DNA of 64,000 bases, taken from NCBI RefSeq assembly GCF_009914755.1, contig NC_060935.1, one strand, 5' to 3'. The notes under the pieces were generated by a model. The model saw nothing but the letters and a program-made list of their open reading frames with translations. It was not told the DNA's origin and ran no database searches. The stretch is from the human T2T-CHM13v2.0 reference genome, Homo sapiens. The first letter of the stretch is position 1, and every line of letters begins with the position of its first letter. The position numbers were made by a program, and so were the translations under genes. Shown in pieces: positions 1-34,056 of this stretch.

Positions 1-1474
<1,474 letters not shown>

Positions 1475-1539
1475 TTAAAATAATAAGAATAGTTCCATTA
1501 TATGGAAACAACAACAACATATTTTTTCCTACTAAACAA

Positions 1540-2020
1540 CATATTTTCTTCCTACTAAGTAAAAATCATCTTTCCCTACTTGCAAGCTAAAAATTTAGTC
1601 TGCCACAGTTTCATGGATGTTGGCAGAGACATAAGACTCCTTCATCAGAAACAAAGGATTTTGTTACAGTAATAACAGTAGTCAGACTATTAGCATTTTC
1701 TTTTGACAATTTCCTAAGCTCTAGTTTCTGCAAGGCAGGGCAAAAGAGGGCCAGGTGACACCTGCACCTGCAGTGGTCTGCACTACAGGACGAGAGGCCT
1801 GAGTTCAGGGAATCTGAATATTTTATACTAGACCTTAAACATGCCTGCCCTCTGCCACTAAGAGAGATGCTAACTCTATCTTTTAAGTCTGTTTGCTACA
1901 CTACGTCCTTGAAAAGATAGTCTAGAACAAAGGCAGAAAAACACAAGACATGCAGAAACAGGAGGGCCCCCTGGAGAATTATCTCCCAACACTGCTTAGA
2001 GAAAACTTTAAATGCTACAT
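1540..2020. mobile_element. ERVL-class LTR fragment (MER76/MER77/MER68-like; subfamily uncertain)
   Basis: tgcaagcta..ctgccacagtttcatggatgttggcagagacataagactcc resembles recalled ERVL LTR consensus. Confidence 0.45.
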
Positions 2021-2022
2021 GG

Positions 2023-4960
<2,938 letters not shown>

Positions 4961-4988
4961 TTTCCTTTTTTCTTTTTTTCTCTCCTTT

Positions 4989-6660
<1,672 letters not shown>

Positions 6661-6816
6661 TAGCTATTTCAATTCTAGGCTTTTACCCCTCACAAATATA
6701 TGTGCTCATATATATGTACAAGAATACTAATTAAAGCATCTTTTGTAATATAAAAGACTAGAAATAGTTATATAAACTGTGATACAACCATACGATGAAC
6801 TACTATACAGCTCTTA

Positions 6817-7095
6817 GGCTGGGTGTGGTGGCTTATGCCTGTAATCCCAGCATTTTGGGAGGCCAAAGCCAGCAGATCACTCAAGGCCAGGAGTTTGCGA
6901 CCAGCCTGGCCAACATGGTAAAACCCCATCTCTACCAAAAATACAAAAATTAGAGGGACTTGGTGGTGCATTCCTGTATTCCTACTACTTGAGAGGCTAA
7001 GGCAGGAGAATCATCTGAACCCAGGAGGCAGAGGTTGCAGTGAGCTGAGATTTCAACACTGCACTACAACCTGGAAGACAGTGTGAGACCCTGTT
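6817..7095 (+). mobile_element. Alu inside an L1M 3' fragment (~6661-7500)
   Basis: Alu dimer; flanks actatacagctctt / actgtatagctctt look like a TSD. Confidence 0.9.
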
Positions 7096-7226
7096 AGAAG
7101 GAAGGAAGGAAGGAAGGAAGGAAGGAAGGAGAGAAAAAGAGAGAGAGAGGGAGGGAGGGAGGGGAGAAAGGGAGAGAGGGAGGGAGGGAAAGAAAGAAGG
7201 AAGGGAGGGAGGGAGGGAAGGAAGGA
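7096..7226 (+). repeat. (GAAG)8 / (GGGA)n pure-purine tract derived from an Alu tail
   Basis: 131 nt with no pyrimidine. Confidence 0.92.
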
Positions 7227-7889
7227 CTGTATAGCTCTTTGAAAGAATAAGGTGGTACTATAAATATGGCCATGGAAAGATTTTAAAGGTGTAATTTCAA
7301 GGAAAAAAATACAGACTGTGCAAAATAGTACCATTTATGTAAAAGGGGGCAGCATATATGTGCTTATCTATATTCATAAGAAATATCTATGGAAGGAATG
7401 AAAAAAGAACCAGTTATTGTGATTGACTTTAAGAAGTGGTGAGGTGATCCACGAGTCAGGGGTAAAAGACTCACCTATGTCTTTTTACTATGTGTCTTTA
7501 TTATTTGATTGAGAGAGGGAGAAAGAGAGAAGAGATGCTTCCTACAGTCTGGAGTGGTTTGGGGAGGTCCCCTGGAGGAGGTGAATTTAAACTGTGTTTA
7601 GAAGAAGGGAAAAATGGAGGAAGCGTAAATGAATTTGAGTTATGCAGCCTGAAACACAGGCATCAGCTAACTGATGATCAGGTAATTTCAAAACACAGAC
7701 AAGGGTCCCCCAGTTCCAGAGAGAGACCTGCATACCTGCCCAGCTGAGCCTCCTGGGTTCTGAGAAAGCAAGGGATTGGCCCTGCTGCTGGATGAGCAGG
7801 TAGGACTGCAGAGAGGTTACTACTCAGAGGACACACAGCAAAAAGGAACAGAACTTCCTTCTACTGAAGGTCCTTACTAACAATGAGCA

Positions 7890-8100
7890 CCTGGTCAGGC
7901 ATTCATTCATTCAACCAATCAGTTTATTTATTTCCATTTATTTCAATAAATATTGCATGTCTACTTTGTCCAAGGGTCTGGAAAAGCAGTTATAAGGAAG
8001 AAAACAGAGATCCATATAGCTGATAGTCTAAGTAGAGAGACCAATATTGAGCCAACAATTATACAGTGTGTTGCAGAAAGGGTGCTATGGGAATAGATAA
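7890..8100 (-). mobile_element. L2 3' end fragment
   Basis: cattcattcattcaa..aataaatattg pattern typical of a reverse L2 tail. Confidence 0.55.
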
Positions 8101-8198
8101 TCAATGAAATAAGTATAACCCTTAGTCCACATAGTTGAGAGTAGAAGAAATGCTGACTTGCCATCCTCTATCAAAATCAAATTAAGACTTGTATCCAG

Positions 8199-11136
8199 GC
8201 TCTGCTGGGAAGTGTCTAGTGAGCTGCACAGCTGACTCAGACAGGTGCATCTGGGGAGGCTGTGGTTGCTGTGTCTGTCCCCTAGTGCCTGCCCTCTTTG
8301 GAAAATAAGGACATCCTCCATCAGCCCAGGGCCCCACTTAGCCTTGGAAAACAACTAGGTCTCTGGTCTGTGCTCGTTCTCCTTGTGGGGCTCGCACGTT
8401 AGAACAATAAGCCCCATTTTCTCCTTCCATCTTACATTGAGACTGAGACTTCCCAGGAGAGCCTTGGACCTCTAGTGGCTTTCACTATAAACTTGGGGGC
8501 AGCACGTTGCTGTGTGGAAGATGCCTCCTCTCTGAGGACTCCTCTCATGAGCCCTTCCTCCTCCTGCCAGCATTTCCTGGACTCCAGCATAAGCTTCCTG
8601 TTTCTGTCCCCCTTGGTTCCTTAATGTGGCTGAGCATAGCCAAGTACTTGGCTCTGTCTCGGGATTCTCAGGAATTCCATCAGCCTGGTGGGGTTCCTTT
8701 TTCCCTGCTCCTGGAGGCAAATTATATGCAACAAAACCTAGAACTAGTCTTGTGGATTTTCTTTGGTGGAGGAGCATAGACCAATGGTTCCATGTCCAGC
8801 CTCCAGAATCAGACAGAACTGGGGTCACACCCTGGTATCACCCCTTCCTGCTGAGTCTGTCTCCCCAGCAGTGAAAGGAGGGTAATATTCCTCCTACAGA
8901 GGGTGGGGTGGTGGGGAGTTTACATGAGGCGGGTGCGTGTCTGTACAAACGTGTTTATCATTGCCAGCCACTTTTTTTTTTAATAGACACGGGGTCTCAC
9001 TGTGTTGTCCAGGCCAGTTTTGAACTCCTGAACTCAAGTGATTCTCCTGCCTCGGCCTCCCAAAGTGCTAGGATTACAGATGTGAGCCAGCACACCTGGC
9101 CACAAGCTGCTTTCATGCAGGTGTCAGATACGCTCTCCTAACAGTGGAAGGTGGTTTGATCCTTTCTTCTCACACACACAGTCATAAATGAGTCATCAGA
9201 GTTACCCCAAAGGCAAATGGTGATATCTCCCTACAGGGAAAACTAGCACAGAACTTATGGGCCTCATTGAACTGTTAGCTGGGTTGGTTGGACAGAAAAA
9301 TGTTGGTTCAATTTTCAAATACTAAGGAGCTCTTATTTCACGAGTCCCTTTTCTTACGTTGTTGAGGGGAGGCGTCAGAGCACACACTGGGAGAATAGGC
9401 CAGGGAAGCAGGCAGTGGTCACGCAGTACATCTTGCACGTGGTGGAGCATGCCGCCATCTTTGCCTTCGCCCTGGCCGACCTCTCCGTTTAATGGGGAGG
9501 TGAACTTGGACATGGACAACGACCAGGCTCCGTCAAGGGGGTTTCCTTACCAGGACTCCTTTCTCGTTTCTTTTCTCTTGCAATATGGTCATGGGGCAAA
9601 AACCCCAGAGGCCACATACTGTATTTGTGGAAAGAGAAAGAACAGGACTGTAGAGCCAAAGCTACCTCACTAGCTTTTGTGAAAGTCAGGCTGGAAAGTG
9701 CTTCCAGCCACAGAAACAGGCTGTGGGTGTAAATATTAACCGTGGCCATCAAAGAAGTGGGCATAGAGTATGACTCGCCCTCTCTTGGTCTTCCCTCAAA
9801 TAGCAGGGTGAAGAACTCCTGGTCTGTGTCAGCCACGTGGCTCACAAAAACAATGACACAGAGGAGGGAATGGTGGGACTGGCCAAGGGTACGGCTGTCT
9901 TCCAGCCGTTTATCTCTGAGTGTCCTGTGTCCTGAGCAGAGCAAGGTGCAAGGCCCTGTACCGGGCACCCAGCAGAAACTTCTGAGAAACTTGACTGTGA
10001 GGAAGGATGCTTGCCTAGCAATTGGTCAGATGAAGGGCTACGTTTGATACTTCCTTCAGTGTGGAAGGAAGAAATTTGTAAAAACTATTTCCAGAATATG
10101 CACACATTTAAAGTTTATAAACCTGAACTTTCCTTAGTAGAAGACACTTAACAAGAGAATACTATTGGCTCTGGGCACTAACCATTTGGGCTGTGGGACC
10201 CAGGGAATCTCTCTAGTAAGCATCATCTTTAGTGGGTGACTCCTGGTGGTCCTCCCAGCTCTGGTGGTGCCATGGGGACCTGCCTTGGAGATGCCTTGGT
10301 ACTGGTACCTTTTGTGTACCAGGCCGTGAGCCTAGGGCACAGGGCCTCTGGCCTACAGATTTCAGGGAGGCAGCTGTGTCATGTGAACCAATACGGCCTG
10401 CCAACAATTCTGTCCAGAGTGACTGTTGTTGTCATCGTTAGCGTGTTGCCTGAAAAGCCTTGGGGTCTGGGGGCTGACACTGAAGCTCTTTTTTCCCTCT
10501 GGCCCTGTGATGTCCAGCATTACCCAGAACGCCATGCAGGACCAGAGCGCCACAGCCGGGACTCCCGTGATGGCTGGGGGGGCTGTGGCTCCGACAGGAG
10601 GATGAGCGAGGGCCGGGGGCTGCCTCCTCCCCCCAGGGGCAGACATGACTACTCGGGGGACCGTGGCTGAAGAGAGGATGACTGAGCATGGCAGGGCACA
10701 GCTGATGGGGGCATGATGGACAGGGATCACAAGAGGTGGCAAGGTGGTGAGAGAAGCATGTCCGGTCACTCCGGGCCTGGCCACATGATGAACTGAGAAG
10801 GGATGTCAGGGCTCGGCAGCTTTGCCCCAGGCGGGGCCTCCCGGGGCCACCCCATCCCACACGGTGGTATGCAAGGCGGGTTCGGAGGCCCGAGCAGGGG
10901 GAGCAGGCCCATCAATGCCCGCTTCACTCGCCGCTACCGAGTACTTGGAATCCTGTGTCCTGTCACGTGGCAACAAGGCTATGTTCTGTTAGGAGTTATC
11001 CTAAACTGTCTAAAAATATTTTTCTTTAATCTGCTGCCATATTGTAGCTCAATACAATGTGAATTTGTTTTTCATTTTGGGTTTTCTTTTTTTTTGTAAT
11101 AAATGTGTTTCTGTTCACATACCCTTTAAAAAAAAA
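8199..11136 (+). pseudogene. SAFB (scaffold attachment factor B1) retrocopy, semi-processed: putative retained intron 8199-10517, then spliced terminal exons, 3' UTR and poly(A)
   Basis: 10518-10940 encodes HYPERHAGPERHSRDSRDGWGG..MSEGRGLPPPPRGR..GGASRGHPIPHGGMQGGFGG..RFTRRY (SAFB C-terminus) with in-frame stops. AATAAA 11098-11103, poly(A) 11128-11138. TSD AAGACTTG(T/C)ATCCAG at 8184-8198 and 11137-11151. Confidence 0.85.
8970..9101 (-). mobile_element. Alu monomer (FLAM/left arm) inside the SAFB retrocopy
   Basis: Single reverse Alu arm with a T-tail. Confidence 0.85.
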
Positions 11137-11151
11137 AAGACTTGCATCCAG

Positions 11152-12265
11152 AATCTATAAACTCTTACAACTCAGCAACAAAGACAAATAATCTTAGTTT
11201 GAAATGGGCAAAAATTTTGAATAGATATTTCTCCAAGGAAGGTATACAGTCAGCTGAAATTGCATTAAAAGACATGCAACAACATTACTCATCAGGGAAA
11301 TGCAAATCAAAACCACTATGAGATATTTCTTCATAAGCACCAAGACAGCTATAATCAAAAAAGACACACAATAATAAGCGTTGACAAGGATATAGACAAA
11401 TTGGAACCCTCATACATTACTGGTAGGAAAGTGAAGTGGTATAGCCTCTTTGAAAAATAGTTTTGCAGCTTCTTCAAAAGTTAAACGTAGAGTTACCATA
11501 TGGCCCAGCAATTCCACTCTTAAGTATATACCCAAAAGCACTGAAAACCTATATCCACACAAAAACTTATTCAGGCATGTTCATTACAGCATTATTCATT
11601 ATACCAAAATGCGGAAATGACTCAAAGGTTCATCAATTGATAAACTGATAAATAAAATGTGGTATATCCATACAATGAAATATTATTCAGCCATAAAAAG
11701 GAATGAAGTACAGGTTAAGTTATCCCTTATTCAAAATGCTTGGGACCAGAAGTATTTCAGATTTCAGATTTTTTCAAATTTTAGAATATTTGCATTATAC
11801 TTACGGTTGAGCATCTCTAATCCCAAAATCCAAAATCCAAAATGCTCCAATGAGCATCTCCTGTGAGCGTCATTTCAGCACTCAAAAAGCTTCAGATTTT
11901 GAAGCATTTTAGATTTCAGATTTTCAGATTAGGCATAATAAACTCGTACTGATACATGCTACAAGGCAGATGAACGTTGAAAACATTATGCCAAGTGAAA
12001 GAAGCCGGACATTAAAGGTTACATATTACATAATTCAATTTATATGAAATGTCTAGAATAGGCAAATGTATAGAAACAGGAGGTAGATTAGTGTTTGCCA
12101 GGGGTTGGGGGGAAGAGAAGACTGGAGAGTGAACACTGATGTGTATGGGATTTCTTTTGGAATAATGAATGTGTTCTAGTATTAACTAGTGTTAATGGTT
12201 GCACAGTTCTGTGCACATATAGAACTAAAAACTACCAAACTGTATACTTTAAAAGCATGAATTTT
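11152..12265 (+). mobile_element. L1MB-like 3' end
   Basis: Peptides VELPYGPAIPLLSIYPK and MWYIHTMKYYSAIKRNE; L1 3' UTR motifs. Confidence 0.85.
11711..11946 (-). mobile_element. Tigger4a/MER46A DNA transposon (TcMar-Tigger MITE) inserted in the L1
   Basis: Starts caggttaagttatccctta, ends aactcg; TA duplicated on both sides (11709-10, 11947-48); 236 bp; internal tttcagattt repeats. Confidence 0.8.
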
Positions 12266-12560
12266 GGCCAGGTGTGGTGGCTCACACCTGTAATGCCAGC
12301 ACTTTGAGAAGCTAGATGGGAGGATTCCTTGAGACCAGGAGTTCAAGACCAGCCTGGGCAACATGGTGAGACCTCGTCTTTATCAAAAACAAAAATAATT
12401 CAGCTGGGTGAAACATGCCTGTTGTCCCAGCTACTCAGGAAGTGAGGTGGGAGGATCACTTGAGCCCAGGAGGCCAAGTCTACAGTGAGCCACACTCATG
12501 CCAGTGCACTCCAGTCTGGGCAACAGAGTGAGCCCCTGTCTCTAAAAATAATAATAATAA
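12266..12560 (+). mobile_element. Alu (AluJ-like)
   Basis: Diverged Alu dimer. Confidence 0.88.
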
Positions 12561-12681
12561 AAGAATGAATTTTATAATATGTGAATTATAACCGAAAAAA
12601 CTGGATGAGAAATAAATCAGGTCAAATCTGACTCTGAATTCCCATCTCACTAGGCTGGTGTGCATTCAATCTCAGGCATTC

Positions 12682-12992
<311 letters not shown>

Positions 12993-13873
12993 TCAATCTC
13001 AGGCATTCTTAGGACTCCTTCCTCCCCCTTAAGGTCCCCAAGAATCCAGAAAGCTGACATAGACCAAGAAAGAAACTTCTGTATTCAGTTTATAACATGG
13101 CTGTTAATGTCTTCATTGTCCCAACCCCTACCATACTTTGAAGTCTTCTGGCTCTCATACTTACATGCTGTACCTGGGGGTGGGAATCTAGGACCATCTT
13201 GGGACCCTAGTGTCTATGCTACAGCCCACAGTGCATCCCCATCCTGCTCTGAGTTCCTTACAACTCCACAACCCCCAAGATAAGGAAGGTCTCAAGTCTC
13301 CATTCTATGAGAAGCAATGGACCACTCTCTGCTCCTGGGCTTGAGATGTCCTCTGCTTGCCCTTCCCTCTCTAAAACACTGCTTCTCTCTCTCTCTCAGA
13401 GGCACCTAGCATAATGAGTCAAGATTTTCCCAAAGGACAGGATGAAAAGATATTTTCAGGCAGCCTCTGCATGCCATGGAGTCCCTGTCTTCCTGCTTAG
13501 AGTGGAGGAAATAAAATTTTCTGGGAAGAAAAGAAATTATTATCTCAATATTCAATTCTAACATACCCACACAAGGGCTATAAATTGGTGAAGAATTGTC
13601 CTCTCCCCAGCACACTGATTCTAACCTGAGGCCTTGCATTCAGAGAGATAAACAAAGATCTAGGTCTACTCTCTCAGAATCATAGCTGACCTAAGCTAAT
13701 GATCTCAAGCCCAGGTAGGAAAGAATTGTTAGTCCAATCTGCAAGAAGCAGATGCCAAGACACGATTAAACCTATAAAGGTTTTTGTTTTTGTTTTAAGG
13801 GCAATACTTGTAAAGAAAACAGCAGTGGGGAGAGGAAGGGCAGCTGGAGAAGGCTAGTAACACAGTCAGATCA

Positions 13874-14620
<747 letters not shown>

Positions 14621-15111
14621 TTAAGGGAAGTTTCAACAAGACCATCCAGAGGCCTTGAGCCAATCAGCAGACAAAAGAACCCCAGGTCTTCCAGAAAGGG
14701 ATCTGCTTTAGTTAGTATCTCCCAACACTCCCATCAGTGGTGAGAGAGTTTCCCACATATATGGCAACGGGGTTTCAAGGGCAGCAACTGAAAACATGGG
14801 TCTCTTACGCTGCTCCCCACAGGAGGAAGCCAGCAGGTACCTGTGAGAGTTCATGAGAGCTGGACAAAGCACAGAGAAGGCTTTCCCTCTATACGCATCT
14901 CGCCGAATAGGAAAATAAAGACGATCTGGGTTTTAAGGGTCATTTTAAGAGGCAGCTCAGGGAGATGGAGAGACTGCTGGTTTGGCAGTTGACAGAGCTC
15001 CTGAGAGGGGACATGGCAGTACCATGCTAAAGTAAGAAGTGTCCTTTCTTCACTTTGCTACTCTTTAAGACCAAGGGTTCCAATACCCTTATGCTCCAAA
15101 CATTTTCAGAG

Positions 15112-16256
<1,145 letters not shown>

Positions 16257-16744
16257 TTTCTTTCACTTTGTTTTGTTCCAAACTTTGGCCATCATCCACC
16301 ACATGAAAATGTGAAAAAATTCACGTGGAATTCTGCTGAGTGTCCTTAGTGGAAGGCAAGACGTCCGAGAACCCAATCCCCCATCTAATAGGAAGAAAAG
16401 ACTTGCAGTGGGAGGAGGACCCTTCCAAACCAGCCACTCATGGGTGGCCTCTGGGGTCCCCTGAGAACCACTTGATTCTTTCTGAAGTCAACTGGGAGTG
16501 AATTTCCAGGCTAAGCCAATACATCGCACAATTTTAAAATGAGAAGAGGCCTTAGATATTGTATCATCTAGAAGTTTCTGTACATTGGCCATGGCTTGGA
16601 TTAGCTGTCTAAATTTCACCCTCTGTATGGAGGTGGGTGGGGGAAACATTAATATGCAAATTCCTGGGTCTTGCCTGTAAGGATTCCAGTTCCATAGATC
16701 TTAGGAGATACCCAGAAATCCTTCCTTTAAAAAAGTTCCATGGG

Positions 16745-17350
<606 letters not shown>

Positions 17351-17408
17351 AAAGCTCTATGGGTTTACGAAGCCATCAAAAAAAGAAAAGTAGAATTCTG
17401 CCTCCTCA

Positions 17409-17753
<345 letters not shown>

Positions 17754-18506
17754 TCACTTTAATGAGCCTTGACCCCAGAAGTGCTCACTCCCATGTGCTG
17801 GAGAGTGTTGAGCTGTGAGAGTGTTGCTCCAGCGCCCAGCGCGCTGGAGCAGCACACATCCGTCTCCATGAAAGTCCTATTTCTGAGCCTCAGACACCTC
17901 CCACCTCAAGCATAACATGCTCGGGGTAGTCTCTTCCTGACTCTGAGGAACTTCCTTTGAGACTCTATGGCCTGAAGGTTGGTACTCTTCATACAGTTTG
18001 GCTCAAGGTTAACAGCTGGACCTTAAGCTCCAGCCAGCTAGGCATGCTCCTTCTCCTGCCCATATCAGCAGCCACATCAGAGTCCAGCACGAGCCAGGGC
18101 TCCAGCTCCCAGCTGGAGAGAGTAGTTTTCTGCCTCTTTACAGATTGCCACCTTCCAGCACTAAGTATTCCAGAAACTCCACCTCACATTACAGGGTGCA
18201 AAGGTGCCAGGCTTTGGAAAGGCTACAGATGGTTTAGACATCTGCTTTCACACGCAAAAGTGACCTGCCCCTCTGTTTTCCATACTGCATTTGTTCTTAT
18301 TTTGCTGCAAGAAGCTAGAGTCTTCTCTTACTTTTTCCAAAGTCCCAAACACTTCACTAAGGGAATCTCTAGTAAGAACCTATTTGAGGAGAACCTGTTC
18401 CACTGCCCCATTTCTGTGACTTTCTGGAACAGAGGGGAAAGAGGAATTGGCAACATCCCCTCATAGTCCCGTACCTCCACCAAGGTGAGACTCTGAAGCC
18501 AATTGA

Positions 18507-20120
<1,614 letters not shown>

Positions 20121-20983
20121 ACACAACAAAGGGCCAAAAAGAAAAATCAGGGCCCAATAAAACACTTCTGACTTTTCTGCATCACTTAGCACAGTCCTTT
20201 GAATATAATATATAGGCAATAAATATTTGCTATCAGTTTCAACTAAATAGCTTCCACTATCATTGAACATTAGTTTATCTGGTTTCATCCTTACAGCAGA
20301 CTTCCTCAGTTAAAAGTCATGAAAAACTATTTAAAAATGTAAGCATCATTAAAATTTCACCCCATGGCATTCAACTCCCCGAGGTCAACAGTGGCAGTAT
20401 TTTTCATCTGCTCAAGTACAAATCAGCTCTTAGATCATCAGATGGCTGCTGCAGGCCCGGGCTCTTCTTTTCCAAAATAGTTGTTGCACTGTGATTGGAA
20501 TAAGCACAGTGGCTGCTGTTGGAAGGGGAGGGATGCAGGGAAAAGCTGTGAGGAGGCTTTGTGGGTTGGCAGATGCTACGATTTTCCTCTCGGTGCAGCA
20601 GTTGTGTTGAGCTATATGTTTTTGCATAGACACATTCCTTTGGCAAACAGACTGTTCTTTTTCATTTCTGCTTCCAACAGACTGGTGGCATCCTGTGCAG
20701 TAAGAGGGAGGCAGGAGGAGGTTCCTCCTCCTCCAGGAGGGCGAACCCAAGGCTGGCTACTCTCATCAGAGCCAGCCCTAGGGATGCAGGCCCCAGGGAA
20801 AGCCACAAGGGGTCGTTTCTGTGCAAGGGTGAAATCTGGTTTGAGAGACAAAATACCATTGTTAGTGGATGGGCAAGAAGGAAGCTGGAGATGGCGACTG
20901 GCGTTGTGAAAAGGAGAAATTACTTGTAAATTGACTGAGCCATCTCAGCAACACACAACTCCTGGGTCTTTTTCAACAGGTGA

Positions 20984-21494
<511 letters not shown>

Positions 21495-21660
21495 TAGCCA
21501 AGAACTGTGGGAATCACCACTATTTGGTCACCCAGTTGGTGTTGCTGACACATAGTCTCCCAAGGAGACTGGCAGTGGGAAAGTCTCCCTTCCTGGTGTG
21601 AGCCAGCCCCCAGGGAAAGAATGTTTTCTGTAAATACTGTTCTCACACATCCCCACTCCC

Positions 21661-21663
<3 letters not shown>

Positions 21664-21699
<36 letters not shown>
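21664..21699 (+). repeat. (CA)n microsatellite
   Basis: About 18 uninterrupted AC units. Confidence 0.95.
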
Positions 21700-21700
<1 letters not shown>

Positions 21701-22119
21701 ACTCCGTCGACACTACCTGAACACCTTCACCTGCACTATGATGAAGAGCAGTGACCTCAATCCTCAGTCCCCCACTGAGATGATGGTTTCCACACATGTG
21801 GACCCAGGAGCAGGCAGAAAGGTGGGAAGGTAATGCCAGTCAGCCAGGGATTTGGACTTTGCTGCATGATGCTGAATCTTTCACCTTTTATTCTTTCGTG
21901 TGGTATAAACTTAGAAAGAAGGTTGGTTTGTTTTTTCATGAACTAGTCAGACAATTGACAATGTGATGTATCATTTAGATTTCCCAATACTCAACTGCCC
22001 CCCAGCAGAAGGTCATTGTGTCTACTCCAGGCTTTTTGAAACAATTTTTGTATTGAAGGCATCAGAAGCACCTGAAACTTGAGATGTTAAAATCACTGTC
22101 TGTAGGCAGTCCTTAAGGT

Positions 22120-26931
<4,812 letters not shown>

Positions 26932-27591
26932 TGAGCACAGAGGCCCCCGGTCCAGGGTGTAGTAGGGTATATGGTGTGTCTTTGGTTCGAAAGAGAAGCG
27001 TTTACATCTGTCAAGTCCCACTTCCATATTTCCAGTTTGCTGCCATGACACTTTCTTCAACATATCCGAAATAAATTTAGCAAACTCCTCTCTTCCTGTC
27101 CTAAATAAGCTTCTCTTCTTGAATAACCAGTTTCTGAGAATGGCATTACCATTTTCTTAGTCCTGTAGACTCAAACATTTCTCCTTAATGTCCCATATCT
27201 AAGTTGTCTCAATCTTCTAGAAAGGGTGGATTTACTTCCAAAATATCTCTTTTACCTAAGTTTTCATTTTTAACTGTACTGCCAACATCCTATTCAAACA
27301 ATTTCTCAACATCAAAAGTCAGTCCTTCTATATCCCCAAAAACGTGCTGATGTTTTCCTTCAGAAATGGATACCATTTTAAAGTGAAAAAAAAAAGCCTG
27401 GGTGAAGTGGCTCACACACATAATCCCAACACTTTGGGAGGTTGAGGGCACAGGATCCCTTGAGACCAGCCTGGGCAAAATAGAGAGATCCCACCTCTGT
27501 TAAATAGATAAATAAAGGGGGAAACATTCTGTAGCCCTTCAGTGTTGATGTAGCTCATTTTGTATTATGATATTATTTAAAAATATACAAA

Positions 27592-28540
<949 letters not shown>

Positions 28541-28785
28541 ATTAAGCATACACAAAAGTGAGGCAAATGGCACCATGAATCTCTTTGTACCCTTCACCAA
28601 GCTATAGCAACAATCAGTTCCTGGACAATCCTCCTTCATCTGTATCCTCAGCCACTTCTCTCTAGTCACTACCCCACTGGACTATCTTGAAGCAAATCCC
28701 AGATTCCATGTTAGCTCATATACAAATATTTCAGCATGTGTCTCTAAAAAATAAGAAGTCCATTTAAATCACAATCACGATACCA

Positions 28786-33283
<4,498 letters not shown>

Positions 33284-33578
33284 CTAACTGGTCAGGAAAA
33301 GGAGATAGCCCAGATGTGTGTCTGGGGATGAAAGGACTCTTGACCATTACGTATCGAGAAAATAGTAGAGTTGACTACAAATTACTGGAGATGGCAGACA
33401 ACAGTGAAAAAGTGTGGATTTCAGCTTCTGGTACTTACTAACTGTGTTTGGGTAAATCTCACCTGAGTCTTGCTTTTCTCATCCGTAAAATGAGAAAAAT
33501 AAAACTTTAGTTACAGGGATGTTATAAGGATTAAATGAAATAATTCATATAAACGACCTGATATGCACTTGGTGATAA

Positions 33579-34056
<478 letters not shown>

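Noticed and set aside
10236-11099. 144- and 98-aa ORFs as a novel SAFB-like protein
   Set aside because: Interrupted by in-frame stops. The N-terminal part is translated putative intron and the C-terminal extension is read-through into 3' UTR.
11750-11930. Regular tttcagattt / aaaatcc repeats suggesting a repeat array
   Set aside because: Internal subterminal repeats of the Tigger4a/MER46A transposon.
20404-20909. Overlapping 65-142-aa ORFs in a repeat-free stretch
   Set aside because: No recognisable protein similarity or exon structure; could be regulatory DNA, but nothing I can support.
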